Shown here piece by piece: positions 12,801 to 22,638 of a DNA stretch of 64,000 bases. Below the pieces are notes generated by a model, which did no database searches, was not told the origin of the DNA, and saw only the letters and a list, made by a program, of their open reading frames with translations. Position 1 is the stretch's first letter. Every line of letters begins with the position of its first letter. Position numbers and translations under genes: made by a program. This stretch comes from Mayamaea pseudoterrestris (Eukaryota), in NCBI GenBank assembly GCA_027923505.1, contig BROI01000011.1, forward strand, positions 558,001 to 622,000, given 5' to 3'.

Positions 12801-12968
12801 AATGCACTGGCATTTCACCGTGTACGCGAAGCGATTGCGGCGGGAATTATTAATTTCAACCACATCATGGGAACGACAAACCCGGCGGATGTACTTACCA
12901 AGTTTCTTCCACGGGCTACGGCAAGCAAGCACTTAAAGAACCTGCTCTTCAAGGAATCGAACTATTAG
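9897..12968 (+). CDS. Copia pol: integrase core, chromodomain-like region, RT, RNase H
   Basis: SDNAK and EQNPCER (IN); VLVEWTDGTTTWEP (chromo-like); KARLVAGG, ADVGNAYL, LYGLRTSG, YVDDL (RT); ETATYGSEF and NPADVLTK (RH). Same frame as the upstream ORF. Confidence 0.93.
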   Translation: MQLFVGRESFYTRGYPMKSESEMSNALEDFIREVGAPNGLLSDNAKSETGKAVRDLCRMYNIPQVTTEPGHPEQNPCERHTSHIKPMMENLQRDSGSPGHCWVLLIKFVIMILNVLATKSLGWRTPTEVAFGNLPDISPLLHFKWWEPVTFEAQGSFPSAVRSGNGRFVGIAENSGPHMTFLVLTDDTLQAIPRSNVVSRSYLLPRELPSFPESGGEISEEATRASERNFETPDLATGRYHSTHATESSHDNYEGNDDETIPMANHANVPAKFFRRAEQESGNKCPLFSPSELIGRTFVREHENGQKMRATVCEYIEVRDNELLETTKGFLIQMGEEPAKDLISYNELSDLIERQMDEDIRNDPATQWVFTKVIGHELNLKPNDPTYKGSSSNVLVEWTDGTTTWEPLAIMKKDDPITIAEYGLKHGLLDKPGWKQLEHYTRKRKKFRQMVTAAKRKSKANGVRYKFGVRLPRNYKDAKALDEINGNTLWTDAIRTELNQINDYDTFADQGVGKVMPAPWKRINVHMIFDVKHDLRRKARLVAGGHMTEPPKDSVYSGVVSLRSLRMVAMLAELNGLELWAADVGNAYLEAKTKEKVYIVAGPEFGELEGHTLTIVKALYGLRTSGARWHEHFADTLRDIGFMPCIAEPDVWMRDKGTHYEYVCVYVDDLAIAMKNPKELTDLLIENYNYKLKGVGPLAYHLGADVWRDDDGVLCFGAKKYVTRLLANYKEMFGEEPRPQTSPLRDGDHPELDETKELDDDGIAKYQSIIGALQWAVSLCRFDIHCAVMTMGRFRAAPRAGHLERLKHICGYLRRYPDGAIRFNVSIPTDERYATVDKMDWDYSVYGKICEELPWNMPTPRGKAVRMSTFEDANLYHDYTTGRAAMGMLHMLNGTVVDWFSKRQATVETATYGSEFVAARVSTEQIMDLRFTLRMLGVPLDGPSWMFGDNKSVTQSSNLPHSSLTKRHNALAFHRVREAIAAGIINFNHIMGTTNPADVLTKFLPRATASKHLKNLLFKESNY

Positions 12969-12985
12969 GTATGACTTGAGGGGAG

Positions 12986-13298
12986 TTGCAGGATGCGAAC
13001 GAAAACAGCGAAAATCGGGCAAGTCACACCGAATGTCCGATAGGGTGACACAGCGGCACTCGCGGCTCACCACAGCCTCACGATCGCGTGATGCGTGGCA
13101 GCGACGGCTTCGAAGCGATTCAACGAGTATATTGCTGAAACTAGTGCGATATAGAGTAGAAACAAGCAGACTTACTAAGCTTGAAGAGTTAAGAAAGCGA
13201 TTTATTCGTCTCTCGTATTGTAGCAACTGCAAGCTTGGATTGGCCATCCAAGGACAGCTACAAGCGAAAAGGTGCAACGATTTGATTTACAAGTTACA
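12986..13298 (+). repeat. 3' LTR (313 bp)
   Basis: Follows the PPT, ends in TTACA, followed by TSD ACCTC. Confidence 0.95.
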
Positions 13299-13669
13299 AC
13301 CTCCTTCGTTTGGAAGCGACTCGCTCACTCAGTTTGGTCCCGTGCGCAATTTTTCCAACGGAATCAAATTCCCTGCTTTCTTGTGGTTCTCATGACATCT
13401 TGCTGGTTGCAATGCAACGCCTCCTTGGTCCCGCGAATCCAGCGCAAAAAATGGTGATGCCATGAAAATCGATGTAAAAACCCGGAAACCAAGGAACCGC
13501 GCTTTAGATGGGATGTGGCACCGACCCAGTTCAATCCAGTCTCGATCACCGCTCGCCCAAGGAGTGACAAGAAGAGCGGCAGTCCTTTGTCCTAGCCGAC
13601 ATACCGGCTTGCTGTCATCCAGCCCATCTAGGCAGCTAGCTAGTTGGAGAGACGAGTTGGTGTTAACAG

Positions 13670-15833
13670 GCAAAGCATAATCTTCTCGACAAGGACGGAT
13701 GGACATCGTTGAATCGATGGGCCCGGAACGCCAAGAAGGTTGCGCGCAAGGTGGCGACCGCCCGAATGGAGCAGCAGAAGAACGGACCGCGCTACAAGTT
13801 TGGAGTCCAAGTACCCCGAGATTGGAAGGAAGCGCGGCGTTTGCAGGAAGCTGCAGGGCACACGAAGTGGACGGATGCGGAAGGCGTGGAGCTTGCGAAC
13901 CTGGACGAGTAAGACGTTTCAAGATCTTGGTCCGAGTTCCACCACAACACCACCAACTGGTTACCAAAAGATCCGAGTCCATTTTGTGTACGATGTCAAG
14001 CACGATTTGCGATACAAGGCACGTCTCGTTGCAGGCGGCCACATGACGAAAGACAACGACGATGCCTACTCCAGTGTTATCTCATTGAAGGCAATGCGTC
14101 TAGCTCGTCATTGGAGCAGCAACGGCAAGAAGTGCATGGTCGGTGACATTGGGAATGCTTATCTCGAAGCCGTTCACCAAGGAGAAGGTATACTTCGTTG
14201 GAGGCCCCGAGTCCGGGAGCGCCGGGCGACATATACTGGTCATCGTCAAGGCTTTGTACGGATTAACGAGCGGAGCACGATTTCACCTAACGCTTAGCCG
14301 ACGCCCTACTTGCGGAAGGGTGGAAGCCGTCCTATTGCGATTCCGATCTGTGGATCAAGGACGCCGGCGACAGCTACGACTACCTCTGTGTATGGGTCGA
14401 CGATCTGTTAAATATTTCAGACGATCCAGCAGCGTTCTTCAAGATGCTAGAGGAGAAGTACAAGTTTAAGCTCAAAGGTGTTGGACATCCCGAGTATCAT
14501 CTCGGCGGTGACTTTGGACGAGACCCTGACGGAACTCTTTACTGGTCGGCCAAGACCTACGTTGCGAAACTCTTGGCGCAGTACGAGCGTTTGTTTGAAG
14601 GTCCCCCGAAGAAGTACTCATCACCAATCGACAAAGACGATCATCCAGAACTTGACCAAAGCGAGCTACTGAACGACCAAGAGAAGAAGATTTACCAGTC
14701 TCTAGTCGGAGCACTTCAGTGGGCAATTACTTTGGGTGCGTTTGACATTGCCGTAAGCAGTTGTGAGTCTGTCGCGATTCTGTGTGGAGCCGGCAAGAGG
14801 ACACCTGCAGCGGGTGAAGCGAGTCTGTGGATATTTGGCGAGTTACCGGACGCAGCAATCCGTTCCGTCAAGTGGCCAGCCAACGAGGAGCACCCGGCAC
14901 CATGGAGGAACAAGATTGGGAGCGCAGCGTTACGGGAAGGACGGAGTTGATGAGATGTTGGACGTCTACCCACCGCCAAAGGGTGTGACTGTACGAACAT
15001 CAACTTTCGAGGATGCGTGTCTCATGCATTGCATGGTGACAGGCAAGTCATTGGAAGGAGTTTTGTCATTTGTCAACCAGACGCCTGTCGACTGGCATTG
15101 CAAACTCCAGGCTACAGTCGAGACTGCGACCTTCGGATCGGAATTCGGCGTAGCAAAGAGTGGAACGGATATCAGCATTTCTCTACGTGCGTCGCTCATG
15201 GCTATGGGCGTACCATTGGAGAAGTCTGCCTGGATGTACGGAGACAACCAAGCAGTGATTACACAATCTACAATCCCGAGTTCGACATTGTCCAAGCGAC
15301 ACAATGCGTTGGCCTACCATCGTGTTCGTTGGGCAGTTGCTGCGGGAATTATCAAGTTTGTGAAGATTGACGGAAAGGAGAACATTGCGGACGTACTGAC
15401 GAAATTGCCGTCTGTGATGCGATGCCATTGCTCAAGCCAGTATTGTTTTGGCGCGGCGATACATCGTATGCGATTGTGAAGGACAAGAATGCGGCTACGA
15501 CGAGCAGCGTACCCGAGGGGAGTGACAAGTCGCAGAGCGGCGAAGTCAAGAGCCAGAACCCTAATTAGCTTGTGTCGAGTCCGCAGCTGTCGTATGTGAC
15601 ATGTGAATGAAGAAAGTGCGCAACCGTCGTGTGGATGCGTTGTATGAATGGAACGACCAGTTACGACTGATGTAATGTGATTGAAAGAAACGGATTGATC
15701 GGATGATCTTCCGAGTGGTCGATGTAGCGATGTAGCGATAAGCTCACAATATAGAACTACTAGTTTGTGACGAGAGTGCAGTCGTATTCGTGTAGTGGCG
15801 AGCGCAAGACTATTCGATGAGCCATCTCCATCA
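13670..15833 (+). mobile_element. 5'-truncated, heavily frameshifted copia (RT-RNase H plus 3' LTR at 15523-15833)
   Basis: RYKFGVQVPR, KARLVAGGH, GDIGNAYL, VWVDDL, ETATFGSEF and NIADVLTK spread over several frames. PPT GAGGGGAG, then an LTR starting TGACAAG and probably ending CCATCA. Confidence 0.88.
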
Positions 15834-16634
15834 AGAGCTGTACAGACCGTGGCCAAGGACCCTGTATCGGAGCTTTTTGGAGGTAGAGCTGGAAATCGAC
15901 GGTGAAAGGGCACGGATTGCTGCCAATCTGGGCGACGGATCCACGGGGCTTCGGGGGGAAGGCTCAGCGGGCAGGCAAGATAGCTAATGGGAGGGACGGA
16001 CGGCGGGTCTGGTGATGGACTTGGCATGGCTTGGTGCTCGTGCTGGGTTGATTGCCTCAGGATTACGGGAGGGACTGCGAGACTGGTCTCTTCCAAGGGA
16101 CTTGCCTTTACGGGAACGGCCTCGGCCTCGGCAGCCTCGACGGCGGGATTTAGGGCCTTGAGGGACTGGAAGAGGCAGCGGAGGAGGAGGAGCCACAGCA
16201 ACACAGCGGTCGCGCTTGTTGCGGCGCTGGCGGCGGCGGCGCTTGTTGCGGGGAGAAGCAGGTACATACCGAGGATATTGAGGATCCACATGGCCAATCA
16301 TGCATTGATTAGAGGGTGCTGTAAGGTGTAGGCGTCGCAGGCCGCGCATGGCATCTTCCCCCATTGGCAGGCCAGTAGGAGAGCCAGTAGGCAGAGTGCC
16401 AAGCAAACCACCGTGTGAGGCGCCGGTCAAGATGATCCATCAAAAGGAAGGCTTCCCACCAGACAGACCTGTGAATACGTCGCCAGCCAGTGCGACTCAA
16501 GGCGCGGTAGGCAGGGCAGGAGGAGGCGCCCAAGTATGGAGCACGGTTGGCTCCGGGTGAAGGCGTGGCGGTAGGCGGTGTACCAGCAGGCAAGCAGAAC
16601 CAATCCAGCCAGAAAGAACCACAAAAGGAAAGGT

Positions 16635-19199
16635 TCAATGAGCTCCCAGTGCATCAGTAGTGAAGAGGGTGGCATGCACAAGAGAGAGGATGGAGCTGGC
16701 GAGCTCAAGGAGCGAGGAGGCCAGAAGGGTGACGGCAGGCACAGGCACACCAATGGCTTCCTTAAACCGAGAGGCAGTCTCCTGAAGGTGAATGGTGGCG
16801 GTAGGCAAGGCAGGCTCAGGAACTGGGGTGAACACGGGCGGAAACCACTCATAAACTTGGCTGAGTGTAGGGCTTGGAGCTGGGGTCACAGCAGGGCGGA
16901 GGGCGACAAACGGGGCAAATGCATCAGCCTTGGGAGCACACAGGCTCAAAAGGAGCAAGGTACCAACAGCAATCTTGGCAGACTTGGGGAACCGAGAGGG
17001 ACTGCTGTGGGACCGAGCAGGGCGCTTTGCCTTGTTGGTGCTGGGAACGGTGGAGGCACTGTGACCGGATTCACTGTCAGATCCCCCGTCAAGGGTCAAA
17101 TCCACAACCGTCTCAGTTAAATCAATGACAGTAGGAGCTGCAGCCATGGGAGGAGGAACTGTAGGAGGGCCATCAGGAATGATGCGAGGAGGCGCCACCC
17201 AACGGTTCACAAGTGGGGCAGCAACTGGGACAGTGGCAGGATCAGGCGACGGGGCAGACCAGCGCTTTTGGAACTCAACTTGCGCCAGGTTAACATAAGG
17301 GACCACCCACTCATTGGGATCATGCACATTTGCAAGGTTTGCCTGATGAGTAGGAGGCTCCTTGGGTGGGTTCTTCATGGTGCGCGTGTCCTTGTGCTCC
17401 TTGGTGCAATGGGTGCCATACCGAGTGCAATAGCCACACCAGAGCTTGGAGTCCTGGTTGGAGGAGGAACGGCCCTTTTTGCCATTGGAGGAGCGGTTGT
17501 TGTTGCCTTTGTTGCCCTTGCCATTATTGTTCTGATGGGAGGAGTTGCCTTTGCCTTGGTTGCCTTGGTTGCCTCGACCAGAACCGGAATGGGAGGGCTT
17601 GCTGGGTCCACCGGAGCCACCACCGTTGGAACCACCATCCTTCTTTGGGTTGAAATGCTCGTCCTTTTTGGGGCAGTCGGCAATTTGGTGAGCCATGGAA
17701 CCGCATACAAAACAACCGCGCTGGGCAAGGGTGGAGCGGGAGGAGCTCTGGGACTTGGTATTGAGCTCGAGGAGATTGGCTTGGGGAACCCGTGAATCCG
17801 TGCGGTTGCGGGCAGGCTGCCACAATTGCTTAGAGCAGAGGACGTCATAGGAGGCAATGGCATCAGCAAACAGGTCTTCAGGCAGGCACCGCTGTTCCGC
17901 CATGTAGAAATGCCGTTCACTTTCACGCATGGGACGGAGCTCCAGGCGGGCCTTATAGTAACGCTTTTTGAAGGGGTAAAGCGCCTCACGGAAGGCCAGC
18001 TCACCAGGGTTTTCCTTCAAACACTCGCCTCCTGCAGTGTTTAGGGCCATGATGAGCTCCTCGGTGGTATCATGATTGTAGGTGCAGGCATTGAAGAGAG
18101 GCTTGAGCTTGTCCAGTACAGCGGTCGCATAAGCAGTGATGTTTTGGCCTGCAAAAGCTTGGGGACGGATGGCCACCGCCTCCCGTTCGATGCGGTGGTG
18201 AACCTCGCGGTTGTGCTGGCGCATCATTGACATGACACGGGAAAAGGTGATGACAAATGGCTCTTTCTTGCCGCCGGGCGTCTGGTACATGAGGCGCTTG
18301 AGCAACTCGGAATCAATGGAATTGCGAAGGAATGTGGTGGCTTCATCATCATTGGCCTCATCATAAGGGTCCCAGGTCTTCTTGGGTCCCTCGAGATGAC
18401 GGATGACCTCGTCGGTGGTCAAGAAAAGCCCACTGTGCTTGATAATGGAGACGGTTTGCTTGTCATCCAAAGGGTGATCAAGGTGCACAATGGTGTCCAT
18501 TCCATGGGTGACGAGATGCTCCTCAACCTGCATCTCCCAAGCGAGCAGGTCGCCCTTTAAGGACAGCTTTTGCGACAGTCCTTTGGTACGGGCGTTCCAA
18601 CCGGTGAGCTTGGCATCATCAAACCGGAGGCGAGCCAATGGAGACGGACGGATGGTGTAGGCCGGCTGAGGGAACTCGGCAAAGTCACGGGCCGGCTCAC
18701 CGCCAGTGTAGGGGATGTACTTCTTTTCCAATTTGCAAAGTGCACCGTGCACCGGTTTAGGAGGGCGATCCGCATCCACGGCTGCCGCCAAGGTGCCTGG
18801 ATCTTCAGGCGGCTCGTCTGCCGGCGGGGCAGGAGGAGCAGGCGGGGCAGGAGGCGCTGGAGCTGGAGGAGCTGGAGGCGCCGGAGGCGCCGGAGGAGCT
18901 GGAGGAGCTGGAGGCGCCGGAGGGGCTGGAGGAGCAGGAGCAGGCGGCGGGACGGGCGCCGGAGCTGGAGCGGGAGCGGGAGCAGGAGCGGGAGCAGGAG
19001 CGGGAGCGCGGGGAGGTGTAGGCCATGGCTTGCCTCCAACCTTTGGAGACGGCGTCGGGGGTTCCTCTCCATCCTTTGGAGCAGGGACTGGACCCTCTCC
19101 ATCCTTTGGAGCAGGGTTGCGCTTTTTCTTGGGGAGGACGGGCTGAAACGGATCCTCGGCCGGTTCAGTGTCTTGGGGAGCAGTAGTAGGTGTCGACAT
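16635..19199 (-). CDS. Gag-like polyprotein with Pro/Ala repeats, zinc knuckles and a hydrophobic C-terminal extension
   Basis: CCHC knuckle CFVCGSMAHQIADC, second motif WCGYCTRYGTHCTKEH; lies directly after the LTR and PBS. Confidence 0.8.
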   Translation of the reverse strand: MSTPTTAPQDTEPAEDPFQPVLPKKKRNPAPKDGEGPVPAPKDGEEPPTPSPKVGGKPWPTPPRAPAPAPAPAPAPAPAPAPVPPPAPAPPAPPAPPAPPAPPAPPAPPAPPAPAPPAPPAPPAPPADEPPEDPGTLAAAVDADRPPKPVHGALCKLEKKYIPYTGGEPARDFAEFPQPAYTIRPSPLARLRFDDAKLTGWNARTKGLSQKLSLKGDLLAWEMQVEEHLVTHGMDTIVHLDHPLDDKQTVSIIKHSGLFLTTDEVIRHLEGPKKTWDPYDEANDDEATTFLRNSIDSELLKRLMYQTPGGKKEPFVITFSRVMSMMRQHNREVHHRIEREAVAIRPQAFAGQNITAYATAVLDKLKPLFNACTYNHDTTEELIMALNTAGGECLKENPGELAFREALYPFKKRYYKARLELRPMRESERHFYMAEQRCLPEDLFADAIASYDVLCSKQLWQPARNRTDSRVPQANLLELNTKSQSSSRSTLAQRGCFVCGSMAHQIADCPKKDEHFNPKKDGGSNGGGSGGPSKPSHSGSGRGNQGNQGKGNSSHQNNNGKGNKGNNNRSSNGKKGRSSSNQDSKLWCGYCTRYGTHCTKEHKDTRTMKNPPKEPPTHQANLANVHDPNEWVVPYVNLAQVEFQKRWSAPSPDPATVPVAAPLVNRWVAPPRIIPDGPPTVPPPMAAAPTVIDLTETVVDLTLDGGSDSESGHSASTVPSTNKAKRPARSHSSPSRFPKSAKIAVGTLLLLSLCAPKADAFAPFVALRPAVTPAPSPTLSQVYEWFPPVFTPVPEPALPTATIHLQETASRFKEAIGVPVPAVTLLASSLLELASSILSLVHATLFTTDALGAH
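18826..19012 (-). repeat. Coding tandem repeat, (PA)n and (PAP)n in 6- and 9-bp units
   Basis: GGAGCAGGA/GGAGCTGGA/GGCGCCGGA units on the + strand; translates as PAPAPAP...PPAPPAPPA. Confidence 0.9.
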
Positions 19200-19895
19200 G
19201 CTTCTTGCAGGGTATGGAGCTTGATATCAAAGGCTTGTTGGCTTGTTTAAACGGCGGCGTCCCGACGTAAAAGGAATCGTTTGCTTGAGGGAAACGTTGG
19301 CGTGTAAGGCTTTAACTTGGGCTCGTAACCAGTGAAGAATGCTTGATGCAATCTACTTGAGTACGATGAAAGAGATGCTTTGTAATGCAACTGTTGCTTT
19401 TATAGTGTTATGGACCAACCAGACTATCAGATTGTGAGCGAGATTTGAGCGAACAAGTTGCAAAACCATCGCCCGAGGCGTTGGGCGAAAACTACAGTTA
19501 TGCATGCCAAACGGATCGCCTCAACTGCTTCCCTATGTAATATTAGACCGTTTGACAGTGTAACCATGCTTGCGAGAGGTTGGGGCATGCCTTTACTAGC
19601 AAGGCGTTGCCATGGTGAAGCAAGCAACATGAAGAACATTCCGACCACACATGATGGGTGTCGAAACGGACCCGGAGTACCGGAGAGATATGAACCCGAT
19701 CCGAAGATACCTTAACTAACAGAGTGCTGGCGAATGTGAAGATGTCTTGAAGACTTTTTGAGTTCTGGAAATTAAATCTTCAGGTACTATACAATACGGC
19801 AAAGCGCTTGGTGTACATGAGCAATCTAGCCTTTGTCGCGCGATATTCGAATACTTCATGATTGCTGTTCCGGTAAGTTATTAAATCCAACCTCT

Positions 19896-20459
19896 TTATA
19901 GCGCAGTAAGTATATGCCCCTTATCTATACGAACATTTAGGGTGTAGCTTAGCAATACCTCATCAAGTTTGCACTTGCCGAGCGAACCTTTTTTCTTGCG
20001 ATCAAAAACGCAATCCATATTGCCGCAGCATTGTTCGTCCGTGACACAGTCCCCGTCTTCCTTGCGGCATTGCTTGCAAACGTGTCCAAATCACAGCAAT
20101 CGTTGTTTTTGTCCTTGCCTTCACACTTGTGTCCATCGCGAAAAAACTTCTTGCACTAACAGCAAACAAATCGGAGCAGCGAGGGACGAATGAGTTGTTT
20201 ATCGATGGTCAACGACTTTAGCAAGGCAGCGCACATATAATCAGAACATGCGTACCTCAGTTGAGAACTTGTTGGGGACGCAGACCGACTTGCTGCCACA
20301 ACAGTCATCGTCTTCATCGCATTCATCGTTTCGTTCAGTGCAGCTGCTGCTGCCGGGAAGTTTGCGGAGAAATCCGTGGTCGGAATCGATCTGCGCTTGA
20401 GTGTGAAGGAACACCAGAGAAAGAAGAGTGAGTAAAGAGATAAGCTTGGAGAACAACAT
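19896..20459 (-). CDS. Small secreted cysteine-rich protein with 2-3 knottin (ICK)-like repeats; intron 20156-20255; apparent frameshift near 20085; 3' end uncertain
   Basis: Signal peptide MLFSKLISLLTLLSLVFLHTQA, LRKL motif, CTERNDECDEDDDCCGSKSVC...C. Downstream in a shifted frame: CRKEDGDCVTDEQCCGNMDC...C. Confidence 0.7.
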
Positions 20460-20909
20460 GGTGTTTGATGGTGATGAGATCTATTGTGGGCGCCAAAGAA
20501 TCCAACTTTGTGAGCCGCTGAGAGCTGAGCTGAGTTGACACGCAGTCAAACTCGCAAAGAGAATCCCTTCGATCGACTTCACAATTTAGATCAGCGTTGA
20601 ATAGCCCATCCGCTTAATGAGTGTCAAGCACACTAGCAGGATCTCGTTGACTTGCCGTAGTACGCAGGGATCTTGATGGATTGCGATCTGGTTTCGATTT
20701 ACTTGCCTCGAGTAAGAAGTGTGAATCAATTCTTGCTTTCACCACCCAAAACAGCTGCGAAAGGAAAAAATCTGTCACAGCGCAACTTGGACAGTCGCAC
20801 AGGCATCCGATGACGAGCGATTTTACCACCAAGAGTGCGACCATGACCATTTGCACCGCGTCTCGTCCTTGTCATCAAACGTCATAGCAACCATTGCAGC
20901 GCCAATATC

Positions 20910-22559
20910 ATGACAATGCTCGCAGGCAACGACAAACTAAGCAACAGCAGCATGAATATTGCCGAGATGGCTCGATTCGTGCCGCTACGCTTGACGCCAG
21001 TCGAACGGTCACTTTTGATGGTCCTCGAACAGGCCTTGAACGTGAGCGAGTATACAGACCTCGTCGACGTTACGGCGGCTTCTCGTCGGGCTGGACTTAA
21101 GACGCATCGAATTTTGGAATGTATTTTAGAGATTGTACATATTGCTACGGGTCTAGCGGTTGCCAGTTCCGTTCAGCCGATTGTGGGAATGAGTGCTGCG
21201 AGCGTTGCCGCGACGACCCCAATCGCCATTAAGAAGAAGGACAAGAAGATGCTAAAGAAACTCAAGCTTAAGAAGAAGGAAAAGGAAAAGAAAGATGCTA
21301 GTGCAAAAGGTAGCTCGGAAGCTGTCGAGCCCGTCATTGATGAATCATTCTTGCAAGCCATGTTTGAGATTGGACGACGGAACAAAGTCTTAAACCCTTC
21401 GTCCATGCGGACAACCTATGGCAAGCTCATGTACCTTTTACAGGACTCTCAAAACTCTACTGTTGCGCGGTCGCTTGGTTTTTCGTTGCACAAGGACATG
21501 CTTTTGTGTGGATCGTTCTTGGACGACCGGGATTGCACGGCACTTCTTCGTGATGCTCGACTGGAGTGTGCCGTTCAGTATATTTCCGATCGCGAAGAGG
21601 ATGATGGCAAGAAAATTGATCGAGCGCATTTGCAAGCATTGGTGCAGGGAAAGCAACGCATGCTAGACGAGCTTGTGGAGCATTACACGAGCGAGAAAAT
21701 GCCAGCGGACGACGTTCGCCGTGTTATTGAATCCATTGCTGATGCCGTAGCGTATATCCAAGGCAATCTGCGACCCGTCCAGCGCATGCTTCGGTATTTG
21801 GAAGAGAATTTCGATCCAAACGTACCGGAGAAGGGCTACTCGTTGACGCTCAGGGGTGGTGGGAGCTACACCTACTCATCCAACTCGTATGCAAGCAAGT
21901 ATGGCTTGTCGGCATACAGCAGTGGCAGCAACGAAGGGCCAAAGTTGAGCCACTCGCATGATACTCAATACACGTTTGTTTGGCAGTCGCTGCGCCTGTG
22001 GTGTAAGGTACAGCAGAATATGCATCGACTGTGGATTTGCGCCGACGAAGACTTGCTTAGCGTTGATTGTCCATATCGTCTCTTCAATACTGGCCAAGGT
22101 TTGAACCGAGTGCAGCAATGTCCTCGTGTACGCAGAGTCATGCAAGGCTTGCTGAACGAAACGCAGATCGAAGCTGGTTCCTCATGGGTTGGTTTGTCGG
22201 TGATTCACCTGGGCGATCGCGATGTTCCAAACGCTCTAGTGTTCATTGATAAATACACGTACATTCCACGATTCCTGGGGCCGATTGTCCTCTTCCTACA
22301 GACTTTACCTGAGCTGTGCCTTGATGAACGCATCGATGCGTACATTCAGCGTGAATTTGGCTCGCAGCGCAAGCTAATGATGACTTTGCTGGCCGACTAC
22401 TTCAAGCATGGTTTCGATGGCAGTGGCGACGACGGAGGAAGCTGCATCGATGGACGGTTGACAAGCAGTTGGAACTGGACGAGTCGTATAGCTAAGAAGC
22501 CGTACTATCATGCGTTCATGCTCTCGGGCTTTCAGGGCTTTGATGGCGATTGGAAATAG
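20910..22559 (+). CDS. DUF2009/UPF0652 family protein
   Basis: Conserved ALNVSEYTD, IGRRNKVLNP, WVGLSVIHLGDRDVPNALVFIDKY, FDGSGDDGGSCIDGRLTSSWNW. Confidence 0.85.
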   Translation: MTMLAGNDKLSNSSMNIAEMARFVPLRLTPVERSLLMVLEQALNVSEYTDLVDVTAASRRAGLKTHRILECILEIVHIATGLAVASSVQPIVGMSAASVAATTPIAIKKKDKKMLKKLKLKKKEKEKKDASAKGSSEAVEPVIDESFLQAMFEIGRRNKVLNPSSMRTTYGKLMYLLQDSQNSTVARSLGFSLHKDMLLCGSFLDDRDCTALLRDARLECAVQYISDREEDDGKKIDRAHLQALVQGKQRMLDELVEHYTSEKMPADDVRRVIESIADAVAYIQGNLRPVQRMLRYLEENFDPNVPEKGYSLTLRGGGSYTYSSNSYASKYGLSAYSSGSNEGPKLSHSHDTQYTFVWQSLRLWCKVQQNMHRLWICADEDLLSVDCPYRLFNTGQGLNRVQQCPRVRRVMQGLLNETQIEAGSSWVGLSVIHLGDRDVPNALVFIDKYTYIPRFLGPIVLFLQTLPELCLDERIDAYIQREFGSQRKLMMTLLADYFKHGFDGSGDDGGSCIDGRLTSSWNWTSRIAKKPYYHAFMLSGFQGFDGDWK

Positions 22560-22638
22560 AATACAGTTTACTATGCTTTCTGAAAACACAATATAATGCT
22601 AAGATTGTACAAAGCAAGCAGTCTCTTTCAACTAACAT

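Larger units (their letters stand above)
6714..13298 (+). mobile_element. Full-length Ty1/copia (CoDi-I-like) LTR retrotransposon
   Basis: Two near-identical LTRs, TSD ACCTC (6709-6713 and 13299-13303), PPT GAGGGGAG before the 3' LTR, domain order gag-PR-IN-chromo-RT-RH. Confidence 0.96.
15834..19721 (-). mobile_element. 3'-truncated copia-type LTR retrotransposon (5' LTR ~19333-19721, PBS, gag)
   Basis: Minus strand: TGTTAG...TTCTTCA putative LTR containing TATAAAA, followed by C-TGGTTACGAGCCC (copia-type half-tRNAiMet PBS) and the gag ORF. Cut off by the LTR of the neighbouring element. Confidence 0.75.

Noticed and set aside
15314..16297. 327-aa minus-strand ORF crossing the LTR at 15523-15833
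   Set aside because: Chance read-through across the junction of two different elements.
18557..19250. Gly/Ala- and Arg-rich overlapping ORFs
   Set aside because: Shadow frames of the GC-rich PAP repeat in gag.
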